Notes: generated by a model not told the origin, from the sequence alone. Shown: positions 1 to 10,963, numbered from the stretch's first letter. The stretch: 40,292 bases of DNA from Rhodospirillales bacterium (GCA_003252195.1 QKFK01000177.1:1-40292), one strand, 5' to 3'. Numbers and translations: made by a program.

Positions 1-1044
1 TAATTACACCTTCTTCATCAGCATATACTGGTTTTACCACCTTGGCTTTGGGCAATATTTTATCTGGATTAGAGGCTAACTCGGCACTGGCACCTAATGA
101 CGCAAACATCTTGGCAAAACGCTCTAAAGCCTCCCCAGAATTAAGGACCTTTTGCAACTTTGCCTCAGCCTCTGCATCATCAAAGGCTAATTTAGATGTT
201 TTAAGAGTTTCACAGACTGTAGTTTTAACTAGACTATACAGTTTTTCATTCTTATATTCATTTTTTAGGAATGAAAACACTTCTTTAAGCTCAAGAGCAT
301 TACCCACAGTACGAGAATATAATTTATTCATATCGCTAATCATGCCACTAGCGTTGATCCCCATAATTTTTACTGCATCGCACATTGTTTGCGCCAGAGT
401 TTCAGCTCCTGAATAATCTGGAGAGTAGCTCCCTTTGCCATATTTAACATCCAAAAATAAACTGTCTTTTATTCCAGCTGCTAGCTTCTTAGACAATATA
501 GAAATCGTAATTAAATAACCGTTACACTCATTTCTCTAATAGCATAAACTCTTTTTTCTGCTGATGTAAGCTGAGATGTTGGGCCAATAATACCCAAGCC
601 AGTATTTTTAACTGTCTTTTTAAAATCTGCATTAGATATGTTCGTTTGGTAGTTTGGAACGGCCTCAACCTTATCAAGCGTACCGCCTGTAAATAATATA
701 CCAGGGCCAGTAATCATTGGAACATAAGCACCACATGCGGCTAAAATCGGGGCTGAAATAATATCAACCTTATCACCCACACCACCCGTTGACATAGCGT
801 CTACAACTGGTCCGTCTAAATCCATCACGTTCCAATCAAGCACCATACCCGTATCTAAAACAGCATTTATAAAATGAACTATCTCTTCAATATCTAAATC
901 ATTTAGATAAATTGCCATGCAAAGAGCAGCAATTTGCCCGTCAGAAACCGACCAATTTGCAACGCCATCAACAAAGCCAACTATCTCTTCCATAGTTAGT
1001 TTTTGTTTATCACGTTTCTTCCTGATAACTTCCTGCGGTAACAT
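1..1044 (-). pseudogene. Second, divergent thymidine/pyrimidine-nucleoside phosphorylase paralog, frameshifted near 515-517; 3' end runs off the window
   Basis: ORF 511..1044 aligns by eye with the N-half of the adjacent DeoA (MLPQEVIRKKRD...STGGVGDK...TGGTLDK). After ...EMSVTV the homology resumes in another frame (LITISILSKKLAAGIKDSLFLDVKYGKG...TVGNALELKE...NSGEALERFAKM...LPKAKVVKPVY), which stays open to base 1. Strong RBS AAGGAGGAG before the ATG. Confidence 0.85.
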
Positions 1045-1061
1045 ACTCCTCCTTTGCAGAA

Positions 1062-2252
1062 CTATAGAAATGAAGTTCCGTATTCTGTTTTTTCAACATT
1101 CATATATTCAGCTATTGTTTGAGCAATATCTGCGAATGTTTCACGATTACCAATGTATTCTGGTTTTACATTTTTGCCGAACATAATCACTGGCACATTC
1201 TCTCTTGTGTGGTCTGTGCCTACTGCAGTTGGGTCACAGCCATGGTCAGCCGTAATAAAGACGATATCGTCATCTTTTAATATCTTATAGAGCTCTGGTA
1301 ATCTCTTATCAAAATATTCTAGAGCTTTAGCATAACCAACAACATCACGACGATGTCCATAAAGCATATCAAAATCTACAAAGTTAGGAAAAACAATAGT
1401 TTTATCGCCAGCAGCGGCAACTTCCTCTAAAGTCCTATCCCAAATTTCTTCTAAGCCAGTTGCTTTAACTTGCTTTGAAATACCCTGATGAGCATAAATA
1501 TCCGAGATCTTACCGATAGAAATTACAGTTCCACCCGCATTGAAAACCTTGTCTAAAACTGTTGGTGCAGGAGGCAACACTGAGTAATCGTGACGATTAC
1601 CTGTGCGTTTAAACTCACCAGCTTTTTCACCAACAAATGGGCGCGCAATTATTCTACCGATATTATATTTATCGCACAATTCACGTGCAATATGGCATAG
1701 CTCATACAAACGCTCTAAGCCAAAATGCTCTTCATGGCAAGCAATCTGGAATACGCTATCAGCTTTAATATGTTCTTCGCCATATTCGTCAAGCACAACA
1801 GTGCCTGATGATGCTTTGTTGGCAATGATTCCAGGCAAGTTGCATCTTTTGCAAAATTCATCAACTAGCTCTTGTGGGAATGAAGGAAAATCAGGCTTAA
1901 AATAACCCCAGTCAAATAGAACTGGCACGCCAGCCATCTCCCAGTGACCACTTGGAGTGTCTTTACCGTTGCTAATTTCTGAAGCAAAGCCATATTTACC
2001 TTTTAGCTCGCCATCAAATTCTAAACCTTCAGGCAAATACCCTGATGATTTTTCCGCTAGCTTGCCAAGACCAAGCTCTGCAAGATTTGGCAAATTAAGC
2101 TTACCCTTACGACCTTCGCCATCACCTTTGCCTTCGGCACAGGCTTTTGCTATATGTCCAAGTGTGCTTGAACCTTTATCACCAAATTTTTCAGCATCAG
2201 CGGCTCCGCCAACACCAAATGAATCCATCATCAGGATAATTGCTCTTTTCAT
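1062..2252 (-). CDS. deoB: Phosphopentomutase, with an apparent 9-codon in-frame deletion
   Basis: Motifs [56 protein letters not shown]; deo operon context. Reads EEHIK|ADSVFQIA where homologs have [22 protein letters not shown]. Confidence 0.95.
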   Translation of the reverse strand: MKRAIILMMDSFGVGGAADAEKFGDKGSSTLGHIAKACAEGKGDGEGRKGKLNLPNLAELGLGKLAEKSSGYLPEGLEFDGELKGKYGFASEISNGKDTPSGHWEMAGVPVLFDWGYFKPDFPSFPQELVDEFCKRCNLPGIIANKASSGTVVLDEYGEEHIKADSVFQIACHEEHFGLERLYELCHIARELCDKYNIGRIIARPFVGEKAGEFKRTGNRHDYSVLPPAPTVLDKVFNAGGTVISIGKISDIYAHQGISKQVKATGLEEIWDRTLEEVAAAGDKTIVFPNFVDFDMLYGHRRDVVGYAKALEYFDKRLPELYKILKDDDIVFITADHGCDPTAVGTDHTRENVPVIMFGKNVKPEYIGNRETFADIAQTIAEYMNVEKTEYGTSFL

Positions 2253-2255
2253 ATT

Positions 2256-3578
2256 TTACTTCCCTGTTACTGTTTCATACACTGCAGATGTTACATCAGG
2301 AGCTTTGTCTGAAATGCTAATAGCAGCATTAAGTTGCTTAGTTACGTCAGCTACATCAGCTTCGTTTTTAGCATAAACAATTGCAAGAGGCTTATCTTTA
2401 CCTACTTTATCTCCTATTTGACACATATGGGTATAACCAACCGAATAATCAAGTTGTTGATCAGGGTGAGTTCTACCACCGCCAAGTGTAATCACAGAAA
2501 GACCGATAGCTCTTGTATCCATTGCGGTTACATATCCGTCTTTTTCAGGGTAAATTTCTTTAATAACGGCAGCTTTTGGTAAATATTCATCATATTTTTC
2601 CATAAAGTCTGCAGGTCCGCCAAGACCTTCTACCATTTTGGCAAAACACTCAGCGGCCTTACCGCTATCAAGAGCTTTTTGTAGTTTAATTTTTGCTTCA
2701 GCTGTGTTTGCAGCGAGCTTGCCCAAAACTAACATTTCTGCACATAAGGCCATAGTAACTTCATGCAATCTTGGGTCAACATTCTCACCTTTAAGATATT
2801 CAACAGCTTCTTTAATTTCTAATGCATTACCAACATTGCGTCCTAACACAGAATTCATGTCAGTAATAATTGCGTGAGTTGGCACACCTGCGCCACCAGC
2901 AACAGAAACAATAGATTCAGCCAATGCTCTAGCATCTTTTATATTATCCATAAAAGCGCCTGTTCCGCATTTCAAATCCATAACCAAATAATCAAGACCA
3001 GCGGCTAATTTTTTTGATAGAATTGAAGCTGTAATCAATGGAATTGATTCAACAGTAGCTGTTACGTCTCTTACGGCATAAATTCTTTTATCGGCTGGAG
3101 CTAAGTCACCAGTTTGTCCGATAATAGCACAACCAACTTCTCTAGTTACCTTACGGAACAATTCCAAAGATGGAACGGTTGTATAACCAGGAATACTATC
3201 AAATTTATCAAGAGTACCACCTGTATGCCCCAAACCACGACCAGAAATCATTGGCACGAACCCACCGCAAGCAGCAGTCATTGGAGCAAGCATCAAGCTA
3301 ACTTTATCACCAACGCCACCTGTTGAGTGTTTATCAAACACAGGCCCTGGGAGGTTTTCACTCTTCCAATCTAATACAGAACCAGAGTTCTTCATAGCAG
3401 TTGTGAGGTTAACAATCTCGTCTTTTTCCATACCATTTAAGAAAACAGCCATAGTAAGAGCAGAAATTTGACATTCTGGTACTGCCCAACTGGTAACACC
3501 ATTAATGAAAAAATCTATTTCTTCTTTAGTTAATTTTCCACCGTCACGTTTTTTTCTTATTATCTCTTGAGGTAACAT
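2256..3578 (-). CDS. deoA: Thymidine phosphorylase
   Basis: 440 aa; DKHSTGGVGDK, MISGRGLGHTGGTLDK, RDVTATVESIPLITASILSKK all intact. Confidence 0.97.
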   Translation of the reverse strand: MLPQEIIRKKRDGGKLTKEEIDFFINGVTSWAVPECQISALTMAVFLNGMEKDEIVNLTTAMKNSGSVLDWKSENLPGPVFDKHSTGGVGDKVSLMLAPMTAACGGFVPMISGRGLGHTGGTLDKFDSIPGYTTVPSLELFRKVTREVGCAIIGQTGDLAPADKRIYAVRDVTATVESIPLITASILSKKLAAGLDYLVMDLKCGTGAFMDNIKDARALAESIVSVAGGAGVPTHAIITDMNSVLGRNVGNALEIKEAVEYLKGENVDPRLHEVTMALCAEMLVLGKLAANTAEAKIKLQKALDSGKAAECFAKMVEGLGGPADFMEKYDEYLPKAAVIKEIYPEKDGYVTAMDTRAIGLSVITLGGGRTHPDQQLDYSVGYTHMCQIGDKVGKDKPLAIVYAKNEADVADVTKQLNAAISISDKAPDVTSAVYETVTGK

Positions 3579-3580
3579 AA

Positions 3581-4345
3581 TTAGTAACCTCCTTGGCTAT
3601 TATGTTCAATTTCAACACCCAATACATTTAAAAGGTCAGTTAAAATTGAGCTTGCACCAAAGCGGAAGTTACCAGCGTGAACCCATGTGTCACCCATAAT
3701 TCTTTCAGCCAAATCCATATATTCGCCAGCTTGAGCAGTGTTTTTAATACCACCAGAAGCCTTAAAACCAACATGTTTACCAGATTTTTTAATCTCATTA
3801 AGCATCGTTTCTGCTGCTTCTAAAGTAGCTGATGATGGGGTTTTACCTGTTGAGGTTTTAATAAAATTAGCACCTTCTGCAATAGAAATTGCGCTTGCTT
3901 CTGCAATCAATTCTGGGGTTTTAAGTTCGCCAGATTCAATAATAACTTTAAGCTGAGTTTTATCACCACATGCTTCTTTAGTTGCTTTAACAAGCTTATG
4001 AGCTATTTCTTTATCACCAGCCATAAAAGCTTTATATGGGAACACCACGTCAACTTCATCAGCGCCATCAGCAACTGCTTGCTTAGTTTCTGCAACTGTT
4101 TTTTCAACATCTGTACTACCAGCTGGAAAATTAGTTACTGTTGCAACTTTAACACCTGTGCCAACCAACTCTTTTTTAGCTAATGCTACAAATTTAGGCC
4201 ACACACAAACCGCTGCGGTGCTACCACCTTCGGTTACTGTTTTAGCACATAAATCAATAACATCTTTTTCAGTGTCACCATCATTAAGTGAAGTTAGGTC
4301 AAGTACGCTAAGTGCCTTGTGAGCTATTTCTTTCAAGTCTTCCAT
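3581..4345 (-). CDS. deoC: Deoxyribose-phosphate aldolase
   Basis: [44 protein letters not shown]. Start moved to ATG at 4345 (MEDLKE), which lies just after the punA stop with GGAG upstream. Confidence 0.96.
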   Translation of the reverse strand: MEDLKEIAHKALSVLDLTSLNDGDTEKDVIDLCAKTVTEGGSTAAVCVWPKFVALAKKELVGTGVKVATVTNFPAGSTDVEKTVAETKQAVADGADEVDVVFPYKAFMAGDKEIAHKLVKATKEACGDKTQLKVIIESGELKTPELIAEASAISIAEGANFIKTSTGKTPSSATLEAAETMLNEIKKSGKHVGFKASGGIKNTAQAGEYMDLAERIMGDTWVHAGNFRFGASSILTDLLNVLGVEIEHNSQGGY

Positions 4346-4346
4346 T

Positions 4347-5162
4347 CTACTTCTCCGCAATAAAGCGAGCGATAACACGCTCAAGTTTTTTGGCAGCCTT
4401 ATCGGCTTGTTCAATAGTCTCCCCATGGGTTAAAGCACCCGCGGTCATTCCTGCACCGTAGTTAGTAATAACTGATACTCCCACAACTTTCATTCCACAA
4501 TGAACGCCCACCAAAGTTTCTGGGACAGTTGACATACCAACTGCATCTGCACCCAAACGTGCAAACATATTAATCTCTGCTGGTGTCTCAAAATTTGGAC
4601 CAGAGGTCATAATATAAATACCTTCTTTAAGGCTAACACCTTCTTTCTCAGCAGCTTCAATAACTTTCGCTCTTAATTCAGGGCTATAAGCTTGGCTCAT
4701 ATCTGGGAAACGAGGACCAATATTTTCATCATTTGGTCCGATTAATGGGTTTAAGCCAGCATAATTAATGTGATCGCTAATAAGCATCAAACTTCCAGGA
4801 GGTAAATCTTTGCGAAGTGAACCAGCTGCGTTTGTTAAAAACAAAGTTTTTGCCCCAACTTCTTTTAATGTTCTAACCAATAAAGCAATTTTTGAAGGAG
4901 CATGACCTTCGTATAAATGCACTCTACCTTGCAAGCATAACACATCTTTTCCGCCCAATTTACCAATCACCATACGACCAGCATGACCAGAAACAGTTGA
5001 GCGTGGCAAACCTTCAATCTCTGAATATGGAATAACAACAGGGTTCTCAATCATATCTGCCAAACCACCAAGACCACTACCCAAAATAAGGGCGATTTCA
5101 GGCTTAATTCCGCCGATTTTTTTCTTAATTTGATCAGCAATTAATTTAATTTCTTCGTTCAT
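4347..5162 (-). CDS. punA: Purine-nucleoside phosphorylase, trimeric PunA/XapA type
   Basis: [45 protein letters not shown]. Confidence 0.94.
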   Translation of the reverse strand: MNEEIKLIADQIKKKIGGIKPEIALILGSGLGGLADMIENPVVIPYSEIEGLPRSTVSGHAGRMVIGKLGGKDVLCLQGRVHLYEGHAPSKIALLVRTLKEVGAKTLFLTNAAGSLRKDLPPGSLMLISDHINYAGLNPLIGPNDENIGPRFPDMSQAYSPELRAKVIEAAEKEGVSLKEGIYIMTSGPNFETPAEINMFARLGADAVGMSTVPETLVGVHCGMKVVGVSVITNYGAGMTAGALTHGETIEQADKAAKKLERVIARFIAEK

Positions 5163-5188
5163 AAGTAAAGACTCCGTAATATAAAATG

Positions 5189-5590
5189 TTATTTATCCAA
5201 ATTTTCTGGGCCAAAAGAATATGGCAATATTTCAGCTATAGAAACTGTTTGTTCCAATTTGTCTTTTGAGCAAAAATGTATCTTTGTTTCTGATGTAGAA
5301 AACTCACGGATTCTTTGACGACAAGCACCACATGGGCTAACCAAAGCTTTTCCGTCTGAGATAATTAATATGTCAGATATTTTAATATCTCCTCCTAATA
5401 TCATGGCTGAAATAGCTGCTTGCTCGGCACATGAGCCAGATGGGTAAGCTGCATTTTCAACATTACAACCGCAATATAATTTGCCGCTTTCGCCACGAAT
5501 CACAGCACCTACATTATATTTAGAATATGGGGCATATGCTTTATTCATAGCATCTTTGGCTAAATTAAGCATGTCATCAAGATAAGACAT
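5189..5590 (-). CDS. cdd: Cytidine deaminase (tetrameric type)
   Basis: AYAPYS, GCNVENAAY, CAE, PCGACRQ zinc motifs. Confidence 0.96.
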   Translation of the reverse strand: MSYLDDMLNLAKDAMNKAYAPYSKYNVGAVIRGESGKLYCGCNVENAAYPSGSCAEQAAISAMILGGDIKISDILIISDGKALVSPCGACRQRIREFSTSETKIHFCSKDKLEQTVSIAEILPYSFGPENLDK

Positions 5591-5632
5591 AAATAAACAC
5601 CTGCAAAAAATTTAAGATAAAATTTACTGTCA

Positions 5633-5661
5633 ATATTAATGGAACAGAATTTTTATAGCAA
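5633..5661 (-). promoter_or_regulatory. Putative sigma70 promoter of the cdd-punA-deo operon
   Basis: TTGCTA-N17-TAATAT on the minus strand about 40 nt upstream of cdd. Confidence 0.4.
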
Positions 5662-5766
5662 GAGATACTTAAAAATATTCGTGAATATCAATTAGCTAAT
5701 AGATTTCAGCATTAAATTTGGTTGTTTATAATGATCCCCTTAAGTGCTTTTTTAAGCATTTTTTAA

Positions 5767-5795
5767 TTGCCTTTTATAAGCATATGGAATAAGTC
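5767..5795 (+). promoter_or_regulatory. Putative sigma70 promoter of upp
   Basis: TTGCCT-N17-TAAGTC; the -10 lacks its final T, as is frequent in Alphaproteobacteria. Confidence 0.3.
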
Positions 5796-5830
5796 TATGT
5801 AGATTTATCAAAAATATGAGGAGCTACATT

Positions 5831-6490
5831 ATGCTTATACCTGAAGAATTTCCAAATCTTCGTATTGTCAAACATCCTTTAGTTCAACACAAACTCACTT
5901 TAATGAGAGACAAAGAAACTTCTACCCGTACTTTCAGAGAATTATTGAAAGAAATTGCATTGCTTATGGGTTATGAAGTAACCAGAAAACTAAAATTAGC
6001 TTCTACAGAAGTTGAAACACCAATTTGCACCATGAAAAAAGCACCTATCATTGCAGGTAAAAAATTGGTTGTAGTTCCTATTTTGCGTGCTGGTATCGGC
6101 ATGGCAGACGGACTTGTAAACCTTGTTCCATCTGCTCGTATCGGACATATCGGTATGTACAGAGACGAAGTTACAAAAGAACCTGTCGAATATCTTGTAA
6201 AGCTACCTGCTGTTGAAGGTCGTTTATTTGTTGTGGTTGACCCAATGCTTGCAACTGGTAATTCTGCAAGAATGGCGATTGACACCTTAATTAAAAGAGG
6301 CATCGACAGAAAAGATATCGTATTTATGGCTCTTGTTGCAGCCCCTGAAGGTGTTGCTAAATTTAATGAAAAATACTCCGACATTCCTGTCTATGTTGCT
6401 TCATTAGATGAAAAATTAAATGAACATGCTTATATCGTACCTGGTCTTGGAGATGCAGGCGATAGATTATTTGGCACTAAGACCATATAA
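5831..6490 (+). CDS. upp: Uracil phosphoribosyltransferase
   Basis: [52 protein letters not shown] precedes ATG 5831. Confidence 0.97.
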   Translation: MLIPEEFPNLRIVKHPLVQHKLTLMRDKETSTRTFRELLKEIALLMGYEVTRKLKLASTEVETPICTMKKAPIIAGKKLVVVPILRAGIGMADGLVNLVPSARIGHIGMYRDEVTKEPVEYLVKLPAVEGRLFVVVDPMLATGNSARMAIDTLIKRGIDRKDIVFMALVAAPEGVAKFNEKYSDIPVYVASLDEKLNEHAYIVPGLGDAGDRLFGTKTI

Positions 6491-6518
6491 TTTAAGCAAA
6501 TATTCATAGCTGATTAAT

Positions 6519-6551
6519 AAAAGCCCTGTATATTATAAATGCAGGGCTTTT
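6519..6551 (+). terminator. Intrinsic terminator after upp
   Basis: AAAAGCCCTGTAT...ATGCAGGGCTTTT hairpin. Confidence 0.75.
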
Positions 6552-6625
6552 GTCTTGATTTGCGCTTCAGGTTTTTATAATCTGTTATATATATTAATAG
6601 CTTAGAGGCTTTTGCGGAGAACCCT

Positions 6626-9600
6626 TTGAAAAAAGTAGTTTTAATATTGATATTATTATTTGTTTTAGCCATAGGTGCTCTATTGGCTGCTCCGTCCTTT
6701 ATTGACTGGAACAAATACAAGCAAGAAATGTCATCAAAGGTAAAAGGCATTATTGGCAGAGACATCATAATTCAAGGTAATCTTGATTTATCTATTTTCC
6801 CATCTACAACGATTAACACAGGAAAAGTAATTATTCCGAACAAGGAAAGTGGCTCTAAACCCAATATGATGGAGCTTGAAGGAATAAGCGTAAAAATAGA
6901 TTTGATGTCTTTATTAAAAGGCTCATTAGATATTCAACACGTATCATTAAAAAACCCAACTATTATTGTAGATAAATTTGCCGATGGTTCTTTTAACTGG
7001 AACTTCCCTGCCATTGAACAAGCAAAAAAGACTGGTAGCGGGAGTAGCGTGTCTTTCTCATCTATAACGATAGAGAACTCTACCGTTATATATAGCGATA
7101 TAGAGAGAAAAAGCACTCAACGACTAGAAAATGTTAATGCTGAAATAATTGCCGATAGCCTTATAGGTCCTTTCCGCATAGAAGGTAGCGGTAAGTTTAA
7201 AGGAGTTCCTTCTGGCTTTGCGATATCTATTGAAAAACTAATTAACAACGCCCCCTATAATTTTAGCATTGCTTTATCTCAAGCAGAGGCAAAAGCATTT
7301 TTAGGATTTAGTGGTATAGCAACTCCAGATAATCAAAATAATTATAAGTTAAAAGGCGATGTATCATTTAACGTGCAAGAACCAGATAAACTTATACCAT
7401 TTATCTGGCCAAATGAAACATTAGCCCAAGAACTAGCCATGCCTTTTGCAGTCAACATGACATTAGATGGCGACAAACCATTATACAAGCTCACTGACCT
7501 TGTATTCAAATATGGCGAAAATGCTGCTGCGGGTATTGGAGAATATAGAGTTGGTAGCAAGGGCGACAACGACCACCTAAAACTACAATTGCAATTCTCT
7601 AAGTTAATATCTGACAATTTTGTCACCTACAGCAAAAGATATTTAGAGCAAAACAAGGGCCATGAGTTATCTATTAAATTGCCTCAATACACAGATATTG
7701 AGTTTATGGCATTGATTAACTTAATCAACTACAAAGACGGATCAATAAGAGACACAAGCGCCAACATAAATATTGAAAAGGGCAATCTCTTTATAAAAGA
7801 GCTCAAGAGTTTCTTACCTGGAAACACATCATTCTCTTTGTTAGCTCAAACAGATTTAAAAAGTGAAACACCTTCTTTTAGTGGTCAACTAAATATCGAC
7901 ACCCAAAATTTAAAGAACGTTATGTCATGGCTAGAAGTTGGTTCAACTGACGATAAAACCGTTGGTTTTAGAGAAGCATCAATTAACACTACATTTAAGC
8001 TCTCAAATGACTCCATAATTTTACCAGATGCAAAAATAAAATTTGATAAAACAAATGCAGAGCTAGCCCTAAACATGCTTCGCACTGAGCGTCCAACGAT
8101 GGGTGTGTCATTAAAATTAGATGAGATAAATTTTGACGGATACAACGAACCAGGCAAAAAAGAAACATCTGTAGATTACCTAACATCTCTAAGTGATTTA
8201 TTTAAAAAATCATCAATATTGAATAACTATGATGCAAACGCTAGCCTAAGTGCAAATAGCATTGTTTATGGAGGGGTACCCCTACTAACATTAAGCACTG
8301 ACTTTTCTTTAGCCAATGGAAACATGACCCTGAGTTCATTTAAAATATCTAACTTAGCAGGAGCATCTGTGAGTGTAGTTGGCGGACTTTCTGGGTTTGG
8401 CAGTGACAATATAAATGTTCAAAATCTTGGATTTGAAATATCATCAGAAAATCCTAAATATGTTTTATCAAGACTAAGCTTAGAACCAAAATCGTTTGAT
8501 ATATCAAAATTTGGTCAAAGCTCATTTAAAGGCATTATTAACGGCAACAAAGAAAATATTAGCTCTGATCTATTGCTTCAAGGTGGCGGAATATATTGGC
8601 ACGCAAAAGGATCTATCGCTAAATCTGACACGGGTCGAAAATACGACTTTATATCCGATATTAGAAGCAATGAAACGCTCGATCTAATTCATTTATTTAA
8701 GCCAACATATGTACCAAGGACACCAAACTTGGGCGTATTTAAAATGGTTAACCGAATTAACGGTACAAAAAACGACCTTACTTTTGCATCAACCGATTTG
8801 TTTATCGGAGCAATTAACTACAAGGGAGAGATTCAATTATCTACAATCAACCCTCAACCAAAAGTCACACTAAACGGTAGCATTAACCAAATTGATGTAT
8901 CAAAATTCTTCCCTAAAAACATGACTTTTGCGTCTCTAGAAAACAAACATATATTTGCAAATTCACAGAACACAAATCCGTACTTAACATATGTTTCATC
9001 AATACCAAAATACATAATTGAAGAACCTCTTAGCAAACACCCATGGTTTAACAATGTTGCTGCATTTAAAAATATCTTACTTAGAAAACCATCAACAGTT
9101 GCTGGAGACTTAGATTTATCATTCCTAAGCCTCATTGATGCAGATGTGAACATAACCACAGACAAGCTTATATATGCCGACAAAGAAATCAGCAACGCAT
9201 CATTAAAATTCTTATTAAACAATAAATTACTGCAAATAAACGAGCTTAAAGGCGGATATAATGGCGGTAAAATAGATATTAATTGTTCTTTAGATGCTCG
9301 AGATGCAACAACTTTTATTGGCAATTTAAACTTAGAAAAAGCTCAATCTAAAGCCCCTCTGTTAGGTAGCTCTTTATACGATATATCTGACACCACATAT
9401 GACCTTAACCTAAAATGGGATACTAAAGGTAAATCGCTAAGAGAGTTTAACAGAAAAGCTGTTGCTAATGCCTCGTATCATTTTCATGGTGGCAAGATTA
9501 AGGGAATGGCTCTAGATATTTTAGAAGAAAAGATTAAAAATAAAAAAACTGCCGATGGCACTATATCAATGCTACAAGAAAATCTAGAACAAGGCATCAC

Positions 9601-10963
9601 AAGCTTTGACAACCTTGATGCTGAGATAGACTTTAACAATGGTATAATTCGCTCAAATGAGATTAAAATAGCTTTCCCCAATGCCGAAGTTTCGCTTGTA
9701 TTTATTAGTGATACTAACAAGTGGGAAATTGAAGCAAAAAGCCAAATTTCATTCAAGAATATAGAAGACTTGCCCCCTATTAATGTTGCCTTAAAAGGCT
9801 CAATGGAATCTCCAGAAACACTATATGAAGCTTCTGAATTAGAAACTCATTTTGCAAAGATAGAAGAGCAAATAAAAGCCTCTGAACTAGCAAAAAAGCA
9901 AGTTGAAAGTAGTGAAAAACTATCAATGATAGAAGAGAGCAAGAACCAAGCCGCTCAAAGTATCGCTCAAATCAAAGAGACAAATAACAAAGCTATTGCC
10001 ATAATTGGTGAATATAAAAACACAGCTATTGATGCTGAACTTACAAATATTAAATCTTACATTGAGCAGTCTGAACAAGGCTTAAAAGAAATAGATAAAA
10101 TAATAAACGGCAACACAACATATGATTTTAAAGATGTAGAAGCCACTGACGAACAAAAACATCTAGTTCAAGATGCAGCATATAACGCGTCAATAACACT
10201 ACAGAAAATAGAATTAATGGTAGCCAAACTATCATTACAAGATAGGTATAATGAGATATACAATATTAGCGCCGAAGCAAAAACAATATTTGCAAACATC
10301 AGTAATATAATTATTGATGCTAACAAAAAGGTAAAAGCAGAAAGCGACAATCTTGAAATACCTACTGATTACAATGATAGATTAGAAAAAATTAGGAATA
10401 ATGATGATTCTATAACTCGCTACCTTAACAGCGCAAAAAAAATGCTAACAGAAAGTGCTGATGAAAGCTCTATAGATAAGGTTAAGCTCTTCCTAACCGA
10501 GGTTGATTCTTCTATAAATGAGGTAATGTCTCTAAAAAATGCGATAGATATGGAAAATGACTATATCAATAAAAATATAGATAAAGACGCAGATGTAATT
10601 ATTGAAAAAGAAAAAGAGCGCAAACGTATAGAAGAAGAAAAACGCAAAGCCGAAGAAGAAGCCAAAAAGAAAGCTGAAGAAGAACGCAAAGCCGAAGAAG
10701 AGCGCAAGCGCTTAGAAGAAGAAAAACGCAAAGCCGAAGAAGAAGCTAAAAAGAAAGCTGATGAAGCTGCAAAAATTGCAGAACAAGCAAAAATCAAAAC
10801 ATCAAAGGGTGTTATAAAACCATTATCTGCTGATGAGGCTGCTAAAAAAGAAGCTGAAACAAAAGCTGCAATGGAAAAAGAAGCTAAGAAAAAAGCTGAA
10901 GAAGAAGAAGAATCAAAAGTTGGAGGCACTTTGAGCATTGGCGGCAAAAAAATTAAGTTCTAG
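6626..10963 (+). CDS. AsmA-family envelope protein with long C-terminal coiled-coil/charged helix
   Basis: N-terminal anchor followed by the AsmA-type start (APSFIDWNKYK...GRDIIIQGNLDLSIFP...DGSFNW), beta-rich body, AsmA-like C-region (GITSFDNLDAEIDFNNG...PPINVALKGSMESP), then about 370 aa of helical E/K/A-rich tail. TTG start with GGAG RBS. Confidence 0.85.
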   Translation: MKKVVLILILLFVLAIGALLAAPSFIDWNKYKQEMSSKVKGIIGRDIIIQGNLDLSIFPSTTINTGKVIIPNKESGSKPNMMELEGISVKIDLMSLLKGSLDIQHVSLKNPTIIVDKFADGSFNWNFPAIEQAKKTGSGSSVSFSSITIENSTVIYSDIERKSTQRLENVNAEIIADSLIGPFRIEGSGKFKGVPSGFAISIEKLINNAPYNFSIALSQAEAKAFLGFSGIATPDNQNNYKLKGDVSFNVQEPDKLIPFIWPNETLAQELAMPFAVNMTLDGDKPLYKLTDLVFKYGENAAAGIGEYRVGSKGDNDHLKLQLQFSKLISDNFVTYSKRYLEQNKGHELSIKLPQYTDIEFMALINLINYKDGSIRDTSANINIEKGNLFIKELKSFLPGNTSFSLLAQTDLKSETPSFSGQLNIDTQNLKNVMSWLEVGSTDDKTVGFREASINTTFKLSNDSIILPDAKIKFDKTNAELALNMLRTERPTMGVSLKLDEINFDGYNEPGKKETSVDYLTSLSDLFKKSSILNNYDANASLSANSIVYGGVPLLTLSTDFSLANGNMTLSSFKISNLAGASVSVVGGLSGFGSDNINVQNLGFEISSENPKYVLSRLSLEPKSFDISKFGQSSFKGIINGNKENISSDLLLQGGGIYWHAKGSIAKSDTGRKYDFISDIRSNETLDLIHLFKPTYVPRTPNLGVFKMVNRINGTKNDLTFASTDLFIGAINYKGEIQLSTINPQPKVTLNGSINQIDVSKFFPKNMTFASLENKHIFANSQNTNPYLTYVSSIPKYIIEEPLSKHPWFNNVAAFKNILLRKPSTVAGDLDLSFLSLIDADVNITTDKLIYADKEISNASLKFLLNNKLLQINELKGGYNGGKIDINCSLDARDATTFIGNLNLEKAQSKAPLLGSSLYDISDTTYDLNLKWDTKGKSLREFNRKAVANASYHFHGGKIKGMALDILEEKIKNKKTADGTISMLQENLEQGITSFDNLDAEIDFNNGIIRSNEIKIAFPNAEVSLVFISDTNKWEIEAKSQISFKNIEDLPPINVALKGSMESPETLYEASELETHFAKIEEQIKASELAKKQVESSEKLSMIEESKNQAAQSIAQIKETNNKAIAIIGEYKNTAIDAELTNIKSYIEQSEQGLKEIDKIINGNTTYDFKDVEATDEQKHLVQDAAYNASITLQKIELMVAKLSLQDRYNEIYNISAEAKTIFANISNIIIDANKKVKAESDNLEIPTDYNDRLEKIRNNDDSITRYLNSAKKMLTESADESSIDKVKLFLTEVDSSINEVMSLKNAIDMENDYINKNIDKDADVIIEKEKERKRIEEEKRKAEEEAKKKAEEERKAEEERKRLEEEKRKAEEEAKKKADEAAKIAEQAKIKTSKGVIKPLSADEAAKKEAETKAAMEKEAKKKAEEEEESKVGGTLSIGGKKIKF
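10616..10761 (+). repeat. Coding direct repeat, about 62 nt with 84-nt period
   Basis: GAGCGCAA(A/G)CG...GAAGAAGAAAAACGCAAAGCCGAAGAAGAAGC(C/T)AAAAAGAAAGCTGA at 10616 and 10700, encoding ERKR(I/L)EEEKRKAEEEAKKKA twice. Confidence 0.9.

Noticed and set aside
5752-5766. TTAA-N7-TTAA (CtrA-box-like) next to the putative upp -35
   Set aside because: Lacks the TTAAC half-site and is easily produced by chance in such AT-rich DNA.
10616-10910. Repeats that might suggest a CRISPR array
   Set aside because: They are in-frame coding repeats of an E/K/A-rich helix, with no unique spacers and no cas genes.
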